64,000 nt of DNA. It comes from Eledone cirrhosa. Lineage: Eukaryota. The stretch is from NCBI GenBank assembly GCA_964016885.1, contig OZ024742.1:148862001-148926000 (forward strand). Direction: 5' to 3'. Positions within the stretch are counted from its first letter, which is position 1. Every line of letters begins with the position of its first letter. The position numbers and the translations under genes are program-made. This document shows, piece by piece, positions 1 to 12,807 of the stretch. The notes below the pieces were generated by a model. That model ran no database searches. It was not told the origin of the DNA and saw only the letters and a program-made list of their open reading frames with translations.

Positions 1-178
1 TGGCAGTATCGGTAGAGGGTCTGACGCCATGCTTTGCAGCAAAGAGTTACGCCCCTTTATGGTTTGAGTTCAAATCCCGCCGAGGTTAACTTTGCCTTTC
101 ATCCTTACGGGGTCGATAAAATAAAGTACCAGTAATGCACTGGATAATTGCTGGCCTTGTGCCAAAAGTAGAAACAGT
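1..178 (+). mobile_element. tRNA-derived SINE (abundant family, >15 copies in window)
   Basis: A-box-like TGGCAGTATCGG and B-box GAGTTCAAATCC, then the core TTTGCCTTTCATCCTTACGGGGTCGATAAAATAAAGTACCAGT, which recurs throughout the window. Confidence 0.85.
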
Positions 179-794
179 TATTTTAATAAAGCATATCGAT
201 GTAAGTGGAGTTACTTAAATGAAAATATAGGTGGCCCTTAATAGTGCCAAATTAGAAAACAAGTTATGGTTATCAAATAAATTGGATTTAATCATTTATA
301 TTTTCATAGTCATGGTTATCAATGTAGAAAACAAGTCATTTTCACCAACAGTGGAGTTAAATTAAATGAAAATATAGGTGGCCCTTAAAAGTGCCAAATT
401 AGAAAACAAATATATGGTTATCAAATTTTTTTCACCAACCCTATACATGAAATTGATAACCATGACTATGAAAATATAAATGATTAAATCCAATTTATTT
501 GATAACCATGACTTGTTTTCTAATTAACTTAAATTTGTTTTCTAATTTGTCCCTTTTAAGGGCCACCTATATTTTCATTTAAGTAACTCCACTTACATCG
601 ATATGCTTTATTAAAATAACTGTTTCTACTTTAGGCACAAGGCCAGCAATTACCCAGTGCATTACTGGTACTTTATTTTATCGACCCCGTAAGGATGAAA
701 GGCAAAGTCAACCTCGGCGGGATTTGAACTCAGATCGTAAAGGGACGTAACTATGCTGGAAAGCATGGCGTCCGACCGTCTACCGATACTGCCA
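1..794. repeat. Large inverted repeat (arms ~1-323 and ~452-794) with a scrambled spacer
   Basis: 452-794 is the reverse complement of 1-323 (SINE plus flank); the spacer consists of pieces of the arms. Confidence 0.85.
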
Positions 795-800
795 ATCCAC
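611..800 (-). mobile_element. SINE copy
   Basis: Reverse complement of the SINE at 1-178. Confidence 0.85.
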
Positions 801-932
801 ACCTGTTTGTGTGTTGTATGTGGTCCTAGATGTATGTATTACCTGCTTGTGTGTTGTATGTGGTCCTAGATGTGTGTATTACCTGCTTGTGTGTTGTATG
901 TGGTCCTAGATGTGTGTATTACCTGCTTGTGT
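801..932. repeat. 40-bp tandem repeat, ~3.3 copies
   Basis: Unit ACCTGCTTGTGTGTTGTATGTGGTCCTAGATGTGTGTATT. Confidence 0.95.
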
Positions 933-1949
933 AACGCGTGGTATTACGGAAATAAACTATTGAGAAGGTTGACGAAACTTTCACTTCTGACAGCTAATAG
1001 CATGGTAGTGCCGAATATTGTATACATTTATGGGAGCCAATGAACACAAGTTGAACAATTGTGATTACATGTAGACGAACTTTATAGAAAAATGTTACAT
1101 ATTGTTTTTAAATTTATATTGTGTTATATAGAGATAGCCGAACATACATAGAAAAAAAAATAACAACGGCAAACTTGCAGAAGAACACCCCCGCCGATTT
1201 CAGTGACGAATAATTTATTTTTCCTTGGTTTCTACACTCCTCTCGCGTTTGAGATTTTTTTTTTCTTAGGTTTTTTTTTCGCCTGGTATCGACGAATCTG
1301 ACCTCCAAACACGCTAACACTAACCCTAACTAAAAAACGAATAATATAACACGAAAAATAAGGAGAAATTGTAAAGAATACTCTGGGGAGGGTGCGGTGA
1401 AAAGTACGAGGGTTCCCCATCTCCCCTTCCCTTTTCCGGGAAAAAAAAGTCCTTTCATAATGTCAAAATAATTTCATACCGAACAACAGACGGCTGCTTA
1501 TCATAAACTCCGAAGGTCCCTCCCTCTTCAAAAAAGTCGATTGCGAGTGAGTTAGAGGTCAGATTAGTAGATAACACGAAAAAAAAAAAAAATTTCTCAC
1601 CGAAACCCCACCGATTACTTTTCTATAAATTTATATTTTAGTCAATAGGATAGGAGGTTTAAAGGAAATTTCGAATGTTATATTTACATGCAGTTTTGTG
1701 CTCCACCAACTTTGTTTCCTCATAACATTCATAATGTATAGTGCATGTTTTATTTGTAGATTATATTTATAATTAATTAGATGTTAAGTATATATAACAG
1801 GTCTGGACTACTGAGGTCGATTATAAAAACCCACCCTACTCGCCTTCGCCGCCGTAAGCGCTACGTCATTTCTACTATGTGGAAAATGTTCTATCAATAT
1901 TGCCTAAATGATGTTGGCATAGACTTTAAAATCCGCCCCTGAAAATCAG

Positions 1950-2230
1950 TACTGCGAAAACTGAGACACTCGTCCTCTCAAGGAAGCCTGCGCAGTGCAC
2001 TCTACATGTGAATGGAGTTCCACTGAAGCAGGTAGAGAAGTTCAAGTATCTCGGGTCAGTGTTCACGTGTGATGGGAGGCAAGATGCAAGAATTGAAAAA
2101 GCTGGTGCAGTAATGCGCCGGCTTCAGCATTCAGTAATCAGAAGGGAGGTAGGCGTAGATCCATGGTAGACCCCGACCAAGATGGTTGGATAACATCCAT
2201 GAGCTTGGGGATCAAGCCAGATTAGTTTGT
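1950..2230 (+). mobile_element. RTE-like LINE fragment (RT C-terminal part)
   Basis: Encodes GVPLKQVEKFKYLGSVF; homologous to 45745-45950. Confidence 0.7.
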
Positions 2231-3084
2231 AGCAGGAGTTGTCTCCCTGGTTGTGACACTCACAACCCCAATAGATATCAGGACAGAAAAAGATTCCATA
2301 AAATTCAAAAAGTTCCCGGACAAATTCAAGGTCAACCCCCTACACACGGTTATGCGTAGCGAAAGAAATATTTCCCCACGGTGTTTTTTCTCATGGCTAC
2401 GACCACTGAATGATTCACCTCGCAAGAAAGACAATAGATAAATTTCCCTTGTGGGTGGACTCTCGGCACCAATTGTACGAAAGGAATACATTTACACTAG
2501 TCACTTTTTAAGGTGAATAAAGAGACTCTTCGAACATCATAATCATCGATTGTATTTACAGTTCGAAAAGTTGTATTTCCCTTTTGTGAACTGAAGTAAA
2601 GCTATATATTAAACCAGAATTGTTGTACTTGTGTTCGTCTTTTCTTCCACAACAAATAGACTTCGCTTCATTGAGTGGTCGTGACCATAAAGGAAAAACA
2701 TTTATTTCGCTACGTTTCTACCAACAATAACTCTGTACTGGTTTGGGTAATGGTGTCCAAAGCATGATTTGAAAGACTTCGCCCGGTAGTTCTATTATTA
2801 ACTTAAACATAGCCTGAGCCATATTGAAAGTTTACACACAGAAAATAATTGCAATTACAGTCAGTTGTTATAGAATAGCTTATAAAAATCGGGTAAAGAC
2901 TCTTAGAAACGGTAAAATGTTTATATATATACAAACTAGTTTGACAGTTAAGAAGCAATTTCAATTTGTATTTGTTGTGGATGAAACGTAAACTCAGATT
3001 GTTTAAAATTCCTTAGACACGCCGTATGCCACTACGACGCATCCACCACACCATCGTTAGTTACAGGTCCATACAATATTATTA

Positions 3085-3278
3085 CGTCCCTTTATGATCT
3101 GAGTTCAAATCCCGCCGAGGTTAACTTTGCCTTTCATCCTTACGGGGTCGATAAAATAAAGTACCAGTAATGTACTGGTGATTGCTGGCCTTGTGCCTAA
3201 AAATAGAAACAATTATTTCCACAAGTAATGCACTGGGTGATTGCTGGCATTGTGCCAAAATGTAGAAACAATTATTTC
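3085..3278 (+). mobile_element. 5'-truncated SINE with duplicated 3' end
   Basis: SINE core plus two copies of GTAATG(T/C)ACTGG..TTGCTGGC..GTGCC..AGAAACAATTATTTCCA. Confidence 0.8.
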
Positions 3279-4028
3279 CAGTACTATGAATAATCGTAAT
3301 CTACACCATCTAAAATGTATCTCTGCAAAATGTAATTAAGGAATATGCCGTAGTTATATCTGATGTTAAATATATGTTCGGTTATATTTCTTTTGAATCT
3401 GAATTCTGCCTATTTTTCTATCAGGATTTATTTTCCTTTCCCTTAAGTCTGTTTAGAAGAACTCTTAGCAGTACTTTGCTGAGGTGGCTAATTAGGCTGA
3501 TTGTTCTGTAATTCTAGCAGAGTCTTAAGTACATGTTTGCTACAACTGGTCCCTATTGAGGTAAAACTGAAATAATAGATAAGAATATTCAAGATACTAT
3601 GATTAAGAGATATACTTTTAGCTTTGTTGGCTTTGGAGATTAGACAATTGCAGTTTAAACATGAAATGGTATAATTTAGTCATGTCTAGAACTTACAATA
3701 TAAACTGTTTGTTTTTTGTTTTGTTTCTCATGGAATGCCTCCGTCATCTCGTAAATGACTTTGTTTCGTCAAATTTCAAGATGCAGATGGTTTTGACCTA
3801 AAAGATTTGGTGTATTTTACTTTTTTTTATATTAGTTTAAAACGGAAGGGCAGTTAGAAGCGTTTTGCTACTTTTGCGACACACAACATAGAGACATTTT
3901 GGTGAATGTGGTTAAGTCTAGCAATACCAATTAGTAGAGTTCTCTACTTTTTGATGCACTGCAAAGTATTTTCATGTCCTGCAATGATAAATGGAACGAA
4001 TTTATTCCTTTGAAAACAACCTTTATAA

Positions 4029-4034
<6 letters not shown>

Positions 4035-4097
<63 letters not shown>
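4035..4097. repeat. (TA)n microsatellite
   Basis: About 31 TA units. Confidence 0.97.
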
Positions 4098-4102
<5 letters not shown>

Positions 4103-4840
4103 GATATTGAATAAATGGAAACTATATTTATAAAACCATATTTATTCTATTATATATATTTCAAGGGTACCAAAACTTTGGTACGTTCTTATCAGATAAA
4201 ATACAGTTTGTTTTATAAATATTGACATAACCAGGAAAGAATAACTTAACGGTTCAAGTTTTTCCTGGATAGTGAAGGAAAAGAGAAGAAAAGTCAGATA
4301 TTTCAAATTATTAAGATGAGTATGCAAATGAGGTTGAGGTATAGGGCTGAAAAAAAACGTTATTTTACACGCTATGTAGGATATATGTATGTGTAGGAAG
4401 AAGAAAAAGAAAGAAAGTAGAGCTTGTATTTACGTTAATTTAAGAAGAATTAACAATTTATAGGAATGGTGGAATATGATTCCAGAATTTAAAAATTATT
4501 TAGCTATATTATGAGTTATAATATTGTATATATATAATCAATTAGATTATATGAAGAATTATGGTTGTAAGTACATTTTATCTTATTACATTACAACAAC
4601 CTCATTTGCATACTCATCTTAATAATTTGAATTATCTGACTTTTCTTCTCTTTTCCTTCACTATCCAGAAAAAACTTGAACCGTTAAGTTATTCTTTCCT
4701 GGTTATGTCAATATTTATAAAACAAACTTTGTATTTTATCTGATAAGAACGTACCAAAGTTTTGGTACCCTTGAAATATATATAATAGAATAAATATGGT
4801 TTTATAAATATAGTTTCCATTTATTTAATATCATTGAATA
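4095..4840. repeat. Inverted repeat with ~240-bp arms (4095-4336 / 4597-4840) and ~260-bp spacer
   Basis: Near-perfect reverse complement; ORFs 4142..4327(-) and 4561..4743(+) give the same peptide. Confidence 0.93.
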
Positions 4841-5740
4841 CTATACTCCAGAAAACTTGTCGAGTGCTTTGAATCAGTTATAAACATTTATATTTGTTGA
4901 ATTACTAACAACATGAATATCACTTTTGCTTATATATATATATATATGTCTCTCTCTCTCTCTTTAATCATCTTTCATTTGTTTTTCGAGGCACCTACTA
5001 AATATATTATCCCATCAGCTGTTTCTTCCTTTATGCTTTCCTTTCTTTCCTCTTTCTTCAGTAGTTTAAAAAACAATTTTTTAACTGTTATATTGATGCC
5101 ATGTATTTTTTAAGCTGTATTACACGCACCCTCTCTATTGTTTGTATTATATATTTTTCTCATGTTCTCAATATTAAGGTATAAATATTGAGTTTTGTCA
5201 TATATTACTCACTACCATGCCTGAATCTTAACCATCTACTATGTCAGGGTATGTCATGCATCATCTTATTTTATCTGATGAGGACGTAGTGTTGAACTTA
5301 ACTCAGTACCTCTGAAATATGTATAATAATATATACTTGATCACAAGAATATCTATTTTGCTAATATTTTGAATTAATATATATATATATATATATATAT
5401 CCTATTTTATCAGACTGATCTGCCATTTTTCACAAATTTTAACTTGTTTTTATTCATCTGCTAGTCATTGAATTACATTCCTTTCTTAAGAAACGTTTGA
5501 GTCAATCTATAAAATTAGATGCCTGAAAGACGATGAAAAAGGAAATCTTTCAGATTTAAATAAATGTAAGTTTTGCATTGATGTTTATGCCTTTGACATA
5601 AATGCTGTAATACACTCTTAAAACATTACTCAAGTGTCAGTGATTGTGAAGCAAAGTATCACAGAATTGATGTTTTATGGAATTATGTATAACCTTTATG
5701 ATTGAATGATGACAGGAAAAGATTTAAGAATTTAAGCATC

Positions 5741-8092
5741 TGTCGCAAGAGTTGCCTCCCTTGTTGTGACGATCACATCACCAATAGAGTAATGCTCTCT
5801 AGACAGGAGGAAGTAGCTGGAGTTGCTTCCCGTTGGGGTGGCAGAGCCCTTTTTGCCACTTCCGTCCCAGGACCTATAAAGAGAATAACTTTCAGCTCTC
5901 TCTCTCTCATTTGCCCTTTCGGCTCCTGGCCTTCGGCCAGGCGCCTTGGGCCAGGCGTTCGACTGGCAACCCTAACATGGTCTCTTGCGAGCTAACTTCA
6001 AAACGGTAACAAATAACTTTACTTCATTCTTTCATCTACTACTCATTGACATGTCAACTATACTGTTCTACATAACCTCAACTTGTTAATTAAACTTTAT
6101 ATACACAACCTAGTGTCTTGTTATATTCATTCACGCCAGTAAATTGTTATAAGTGGTGACCCCGAAAAAAGAAAAAAAATGATAGGATCTGGTGTTGTGT
6201 GAATATATATAAAAAAATTAATTAGCAGTACCCCATTTTCGTTGGAATGTGTCGACCAACATTTCGAATACGCAGCAAACTTTATTAACGAACTAGGAAA
6301 AATACTCAGACACAGAAACGAACACACGCACATGTGAAATTCTCGTTCAGACAGACTCTTCTTCTCTCACCTAACGTGATACAATTTTTTTCGGACTAAG
6401 AAATTCCTCCGACCTCCTTAGACAAGGATTTCTCTCAGCATACACTGTCTTATAACGAACACATCAGAAAAGAAATTTTTTCAAAACAAGCAAAATAAAC
6501 AGATAATTTTACCTTTCACGCACATCAACTATGTGTCGCATTTCATTGGATGTATATATATGTTTTTCGTTTCTTCTTACAACGAACACTTAAAAAAAAA
6601 AGAAATTTGATTTTTTTTTACACTTTTCAACATGAACATTTATTTTTGCTGACTCTCAACTATTGCTTATTCTTTCCACCAAGTTTTATTTTTCATCGTT
6701 CACAAAAAAATTGAACTCGCCATATTTGTTATACTAAGTGGAGCCTTTCTTTCTTTTTCATCATATTGTCACGTTCACACACACATTTTTCAAAATGGCT
6801 GCCAACGACCTGTTGCACTATCATTTTCGCTCCATTTTCTCGCGCAATAGAAATTTTTTTTTTTTTCAACTTAACCTTGTTTCGGTACGTGTAGGCAGCA
6901 CACATCTCGACTCACTGAGATACCACACGCCATGGATAATGTTTCTCGCCAAGGATTCTCCAGCCTTAAGCTATATTCTCCTATTTGCCGGTTTAAAAAT
7001 TTACCACGTAAATTTGCCGTTGAAAACTGCGCATTTATTCAGAATGCTTATTTCTTTGGTCGCTGGCTTCTTGAACCTTCCAGGTCAACGCATTCTCAAC
7101 ATCGACCATCAACTTTGGCTGTTATTTCTAGCACTTTGCGCAACTTATTTTTTCTGGGAAAATTTTTACTGTGAATTTAAACATCGAATACGCTCACTCC
7201 GCGAGACAACAACATCAACAGCAACACAGCTTCATCAACAACCAAAACCAGCAGAACAAGCCAGAGAATTTATTTTTGCAGCACTCTTCCTGTGAGAAAA
7301 TCCCTTCGGAGGTTGGAAATTTCACGTTATACCACAGACCAGAAACCACCTGCATTCATTCTCTGGAACACACTTTCTTTCCTGCTGTCATGTGATTGCA
7401 CACCTGTGAACTGTATTTTGAACATTTGAACTTTGACCTCTTCTTTCACTTTGATTACATTGTATCTTTGAGTGACGGATAGATAGATGTCCAATCGTTC
7501 TCTGGCCAAGAGCGGTTGGCTACCTTGATATCTATCATTGATTTTTGCATGCATATATTTTGCTGTTTTCCTTTTATTGCAAACATTATTTTTTTCGTAA
7601 TTTCATGCCTGTTACATGCTCGCCATCTTACTCCATACATGTTTCATTCGATTTTTATGTTTTAAAAATCTGGCGGGGGCATAATGTAGCAAGAGTTGCC
7701 TCCCTTGTTGTGACGATCACATCACCAATAGAGTAACGCTCTCTAGACAGGAAGTAGCTGGAGTTGCTTCCCGTTGGGGTGGCAGAGCCCTTTTTGTCAC
7801 TTCCGTCCCAGGACCTATAAAGAGAATAACTTTCAGCTCTCTCTCTCTCATTTGCCCTTTCGGCTCCTGGCCTTCGGCCAGGCGCCTTGGGCCAGGCGTT
7901 CGACTGGCAACCCTAACATGGTCTCTTGCGAGCTAACTTCAAAACGGTAACAAATAACTTTACTTTATTCTTTCATCTACTACTCTTTGACATGTCAACT
8001 ATACTGTTCTACATAACCCCAACTTGTTAATTAAACTTTATATACACAACCTAGTGTCTTGTTATATTCATACACGCCAGTAAATTGTTATA
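5741..8092 (+). mobile_element. Non-autonomous LTR retrotransposon (Gypsy-like), LTRs 5741-6151 and 7685-8092
   Basis: ~410-bp direct repeats with ~7 substitutions and one 3-bp indel; TSD CATC (5737-5740 / 8093-8096); PBS TGGTGACCCCGA at 6154-6165 (matches the tRNA-Trp 3' end); G-rich tract at 7671-7684; no pol ORF in the 1.5-kb interior. Confidence 0.92.
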
Positions 8093-8889
8093 CATCTGTT
8101 TAGAATCTTAGAGACTTTAATTGTAATCCTATTTGTTACCAAAGAAATCTCGGGGAGAAATAGAATGCATTTGAGTAATATACACGAATAAATATGGTAT
8201 TATACAAACTGGAAATTAGCTAAAAGCTATAAAACACCTATAGTAAGTTATACTTATTTTTTCCAGCTTTTCTGCAAAGTTTTTCTAGCATTCCCATTCA
8301 AGCTAGCTGACAATACTGCTAGTGTACATGTTTGTTTATGACCCGTAATTTAGCGTTTTGACAAAAAGAGATCGATAAATTCAGTACGAGACTTGAAAAA
8401 ATAAATATTGGAATCTATATGAATGCCTTTAATGCCTTTAAATCCAGCATGGCCGCAGTCTTATGACTGAAACCAATAAAAAAAAATATAGAATACATAA
8501 AGGCACGTAACTGTCGGCGGAGATATTAGTCGCAGCCCCTCCTTCCTAGATAATTAAAATATTCACATCCAGACCTGAGAACTCCGAGGGTGCCCCAGTT
8601 AACTAAAATATGAATAATTATGGGCGATTTTGAAGGTCAGAAGTTCAAAGCACATCAAATACCACAAGAAAAACAAATTTAATCTCCAAGGTGAGACGGG
8701 TGTAATTGTAAAACTTTACCCAAAATTCTATCATTAAGGTGAGTCCTATGCATTACTTTTCTTATCGAATATCTATAGGTTAAGCTAATTGGTTAGTAAA
8801 GGTATTTTTCTAGAAAATGTTTTGAAACGCTTTTTTTTTTATTTCTAATTTTGCAAAAAAGTACTTTTTAAAAAACCAAAATTATCTGT

Positions 8890-9278
8890 TCTGGAGCTGG
8901 CTGGATTATCCATAATTGATGGAAAGAGACCAGATGATCTTACCCTTTGTCCGTGGGCAAGAGGCAAATGTCTCATATGGGAGACCACAGTCAGTGACTC
9001 TTTTGCTTCTCTCCAACATTCTTGATAACGCGGTAAATGTGAGGGTCACTGCTTCCGTAGCCGAACGGAATAAAATTATAAAGTACTGGGACTTATCGGT
9101 AAACCATTTCTTCCAGCCTGTACTGTTGACAGCGAAGTTCTTGTCATCGTTAATGGCTCGCTTTACGGAGGTGTCAGGTGTTGCCTGTGAAAGTGTTTGG
9201 TTATTTCAGAGCCTTAGCCTCGCCATCACCCGCGGTAATGCTGCAAACGTGTTGGCTTGCCTAAAAGTTTCCCGATGA
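8890..9278 (+). mobile_element. 3' fragment of a CRE-like non-LTR retrotransposon (restriction-like endonuclease domain)
   Basis: [16 protein letters not shown]..; AERNKIIKY; WLFQSLSLAITRGNAANVLAC. Confidence 0.7.
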
Positions 9279-9569
9279 CCCTTGTAATGTGTGACGTATT
9301 GACGCACTTAGTGTTGAATTGATGTTTCTTTTTTTTTCCTTCTCGGTTTGATTGTATATTTTTTCTGTATTATATTTATAAGGTACCTAGCAATAATTAA
9401 TTGAATATGTGTATGTACTTCTATTTAATTGTGTATATTTGTTATATGATAATAAAAGTCACATATCTATTTTCAAAATGTATAGATAGGAGAAAATTGT
9501 CGAAAAGAATGTTTAAACAGTTCAAGGTTGGGAATGGCAGACTTGAAATTCCGCTTACAAATCATTATC

Positions 9570-9742
9570 AGTATCGATAGACCGACAGACACCATGCTTT
9601 GCAGCATAGAGTTATGGTCCTTTACGTTCTGAGTTAAAATCCCGCTGAGGTTAACTTTGCCTTTCATACTTACGGGGTCGATAAAATAAAGAACTAGTAA
9701 TTCACTTGGGTAATTGCTGACATTGTGCCAAAAATAGAAATA
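9570..9742 (+). mobile_element. SINE copy
   Basis: Family core sequence. Confidence 0.8.
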
Positions 9743-10479
9743 ATTCTATTAAAATAACGTTAAAAATATCATTCTTTATATTTTTCTTGTTTTTACTTTA
9801 CAAAGCTGTAAATTGCCGTAAATGATGGGTGATGTCATAATAAAATACAACGTTATAATTCAATAAATAAATAAATATAATAATGTGTTTACAAGTCAAG
9901 AACTATAAGTATCAAAACGCCTAGTTTTTTGCTGAATTACGGTAAATTATTTTTCCTTTTTATAAGGGAGTTTTCGTGATTCTATTTAATCATTGATTTT
10001 ATGGAGATTTTGATTGGATTGATTAATATATCAGTATTTCCCGTGTTGTTTGGGATGGTGTTTAGTAAAGTAGTCTTCCATTTGTTGCTATAGTCGGAGA
10101 GACTACGCATATCAGAAGGGAAAAGTGAAGAAAAAAACAAGACCTAGGACTACGTTATTCAATATGTTCATACTTTTTCAAGATTTAAGGCGGATTTTGA
10201 CAGCTGTTTCTAACAGGGAAAGCAATTATATATCGCAGTGGTTCTCAACCACTTTTTATCCATCCTTGTCTGAGAGACTGGCGCAATCTTTAGTCATAGT
10301 TAAGAATTGCTTAAAGAGTCACTTGTAACCGGGATAGTGATAACAGTTGATAAAGAAGATTTCTTTTATTAGCCACTGAGAGACAAACAAGTTATAAAAA
10401 CAAGAGCATGAGTTATTGACCGTATGTAATAGATGTTGGGACAGGATAGAATAATTTTTAAAATACAGTAAAATACAAT

Positions 10480-10661
10480 GTTTCTACGTTAGGCACAAGG
10501 CCAGCAATTACTCAGTGTATTACTGGTACTTTATTTTATCGATCCCCGTAAGGATGAAAGGCAAAGTTAACCTCGGTGGGATTTGAACTCAGAATGGCAA
10601 GGGCCGTAACTCTATGCGTCAAAGCATGGCGTCCGACCCTTTACCAATACTGCCAATCCAC
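10480..10661 (-). mobile_element. SINE copy
   Basis: Family core sequence, reverse strand. Confidence 0.85.
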
Positions 10662-10951
10662 AATAGTTGACTAAACACACGTGTTTTCCTCGTGTAAAAA
10701 AAATTTTTTTCCCGTTTCTTGTCTACCTTTCTCTTTCTTTCCATCTTTTGATGAAGGTCTAATGTCCGAAAAGTTTAGGCACTTTCCTTACTATCGACAG
10801 TCGATCGACTTTCTTCAAATCGGACCTTGGAAATAATATTTCCCTTGATCTTTTCAATTAGTTTCCCTACTATATCAAGCGTAAAACTAATATATATCAT
10901 CTTTGTACTGTATTGTTCTCCTGTGTTGTTTTTTCCTTTGTGACTTTTTGC

Positions 10952-10985
<34 letters not shown>

Positions 10986-10994
10986 ACTGGATGA

Positions 10995-11218
10995 TGCGTT
11001 GTGTCCTTGAGCAAGACACGTTCCTCCAGTTCACTCAGCTGTAGAAATGGGTTGTGATGTCACTGGCACCAAGCTGTAGCAGCCTTTCCCTTTCCCTTGG
11101 ACAACATCAGTGGCATGGAGATGGAACCTGGCATGCATGGACAACACCTTACTCGGGATTATGTTTGGTGGACTTTCTAGGTGCAAATCCCATGGTCATT
11201 CGTGACCGAAGGGGGTCT
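10995..11218 (+). mobile_element. Second SINE family fragment, between TA repeats
   Basis: GTTGTGTCCTTGAGCAAGACAC..CTCAGCTGTAGAAATG, shared with 18143-18480. Confidence 0.6.
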
Positions 11219-11529
11219 TATATATATATATCATCATCATCATCACTGTTTTACGTTGGTTGGCATATGTTCTTGTCCAATGACCCTGTGATAAACAGTC
11301 GAAATTCCAGAGTAACAAGACTTACTATTTAGCCTTAATAAAATGAATTTATGTGTGTGTCTATGTATGTATCAATATCCCATGGCTCACCACTACGTTT
11401 GCTCCACATCTTCCTTTTCCTACACCTTTTGCTTCTGTTCTTGTCTCTTGTCTTTTTGTATTCTTCCTATTTCTTCTTCTCTCGCCCAAACATCATATCT
11501 CTCTCTCAGAATCTTTTCCTGTTACATCA

Positions 11530-12560
11530 TGTAATCTGGTGAACACTTAGGAAACTAGGGGTAGATGAGTGGCTTATGAGGGCAGTCAGTACAAGCCATA
11601 TACAAAAATGCTGAAATTAATAATGACAATAGTGAGGAGTTTAGCATGTAAGTGGGGGTTCATCAGGGCTGTCCTTAGTCCTCTCCTGTTTATTGTTCTC
11701 CAGGCTACCACAGAAGGGATTGAAACAGGATGCCCTTGGGAACTCCTGTATGCTGATGATCTAACTCTGATAGCTGAATCTATGGCAAAACTAGAGAATA
11801 GATTCATAAAACTATAACTTGGAATCAAAAGGTTTTAAAGTTAACTTGGCAAAGACTAAAGTCCTAGTAAGTAGAGAGGAAACAAGGCCCTGATCCCTTC
11901 AGGGAAATGGCCCTGCTCAGTGTGTAGGAAAGCGTTGGGTAGAAATTCCATCCTCTGTCCCAAATGCAAACTATGGGTACACAAGAGATGTAGCAGGATT
12001 TCAGGCAGGTTAGCAAAGAATGTAGGTTTTACATCTGGTCAATGCACAGGAGCAGTAAGCAAGTGCTCACAGGAAATAAGCTCTATCAAATTTTTAAAGG
12101 GTTCTGTAGAAGTAGTTGATAGTTTCTGTTACCTGGGTGACCAAATTAACAGTGGAGGTAGGTGTTCTGAAAGTACAGTAGTCAGAGTGAGAATGGGAGG
12201 GGGAAAGTTCAGGGGGCTACTACTGTTGCTAGCTACAAAAGGTTTTCCCTCAAAATGAAGAGCAGATTGTATGATGTGTGTATATGAACAACAATATTGC
12301 ATGGTAGTGAGACTTGGGTGCTGTATGGAGAGGACCTTCAAAGATTGGAAAGAAATTAAGCTTGCATGCTCCATAAAAGAATTGGGCATAAGTGGGCTCA
12401 GATGCAGAGTGCAGGAAAGAAGATTATGGTGGTAAGGACATGTGATGCATATGAAGGATGACAGCTGTATAAAAGGTGTAAGGCACTCAAAGTTGGTGGA
12501 AGCTATGGACCAAAGATGATGACACATGATCGAGATCTCTGGCATTATGCAATGCTGCAG
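11530..12560 (+). mobile_element. Degenerate RTE-like LINE (RT and PHD-like Cys-rich region)
   Basis: LSPLLFIV..GCPWELLYADDL; CxxCKLWVHKRC; VDSFCYLGD. Confidence 0.8.
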
Positions 12561-12807
12561 AAGACCAGCCTTCCCATGTGCACGGGATGAAACAACATCT
12601 AGTGGTCTCCATTATGCACCACTTCTCCCTCTCCTCCTACCATACTCCTCCACATTTTAACACTCCACCCTTCACCAGCTATGTACCCTAACCTAGACCT
12701 ATCCCTCCAATCCCCACCCTACATACATGCACCTCCACCTAACCCCACTTTCCACATCTGATGCACCCCTCTTCTCCCACAGTGCTACTGAAATAGCTAA
12801 AAGCTCT

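Larger units (their letters stand above)
3700..5740 (+). pseudogene. Fossil hAT-type transposase, interrupted by an insertion at ~4035-5400 and an LTR element at 5741
   Basis: Frameshifted pieces: LMECLRHLVN; DGFDLKDLVYF; KRKGQLEAFCYFCD; WLSLAIPISRVL; LFYQTDLPFFTNFNLFL; IDVLWNY..NDDRKRFKNLS. These resemble the hAT motifs CxxH, TRWLS and the C-terminal dimerisation region. Confidence 0.6.

Noticed and set aside
801-932. 40-bp repeats as a CRISPR array
   Set aside because: No spacers; plain tandem repeat in a eukaryotic context
6738-7295. 185-aa hydrophobic ORF inside the LTR element as a possible env or host gene
   Set aside because: GTG start, no recognisable motif, and it overlaps frameshifted gag-like remnants; likely a chance ORF
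10748-10780. Hammerhead-like TGATGAAGG..CCGAAAAG
   Set aside because: Core C3 and the cleavage triplet are not intact; at most a decayed relic
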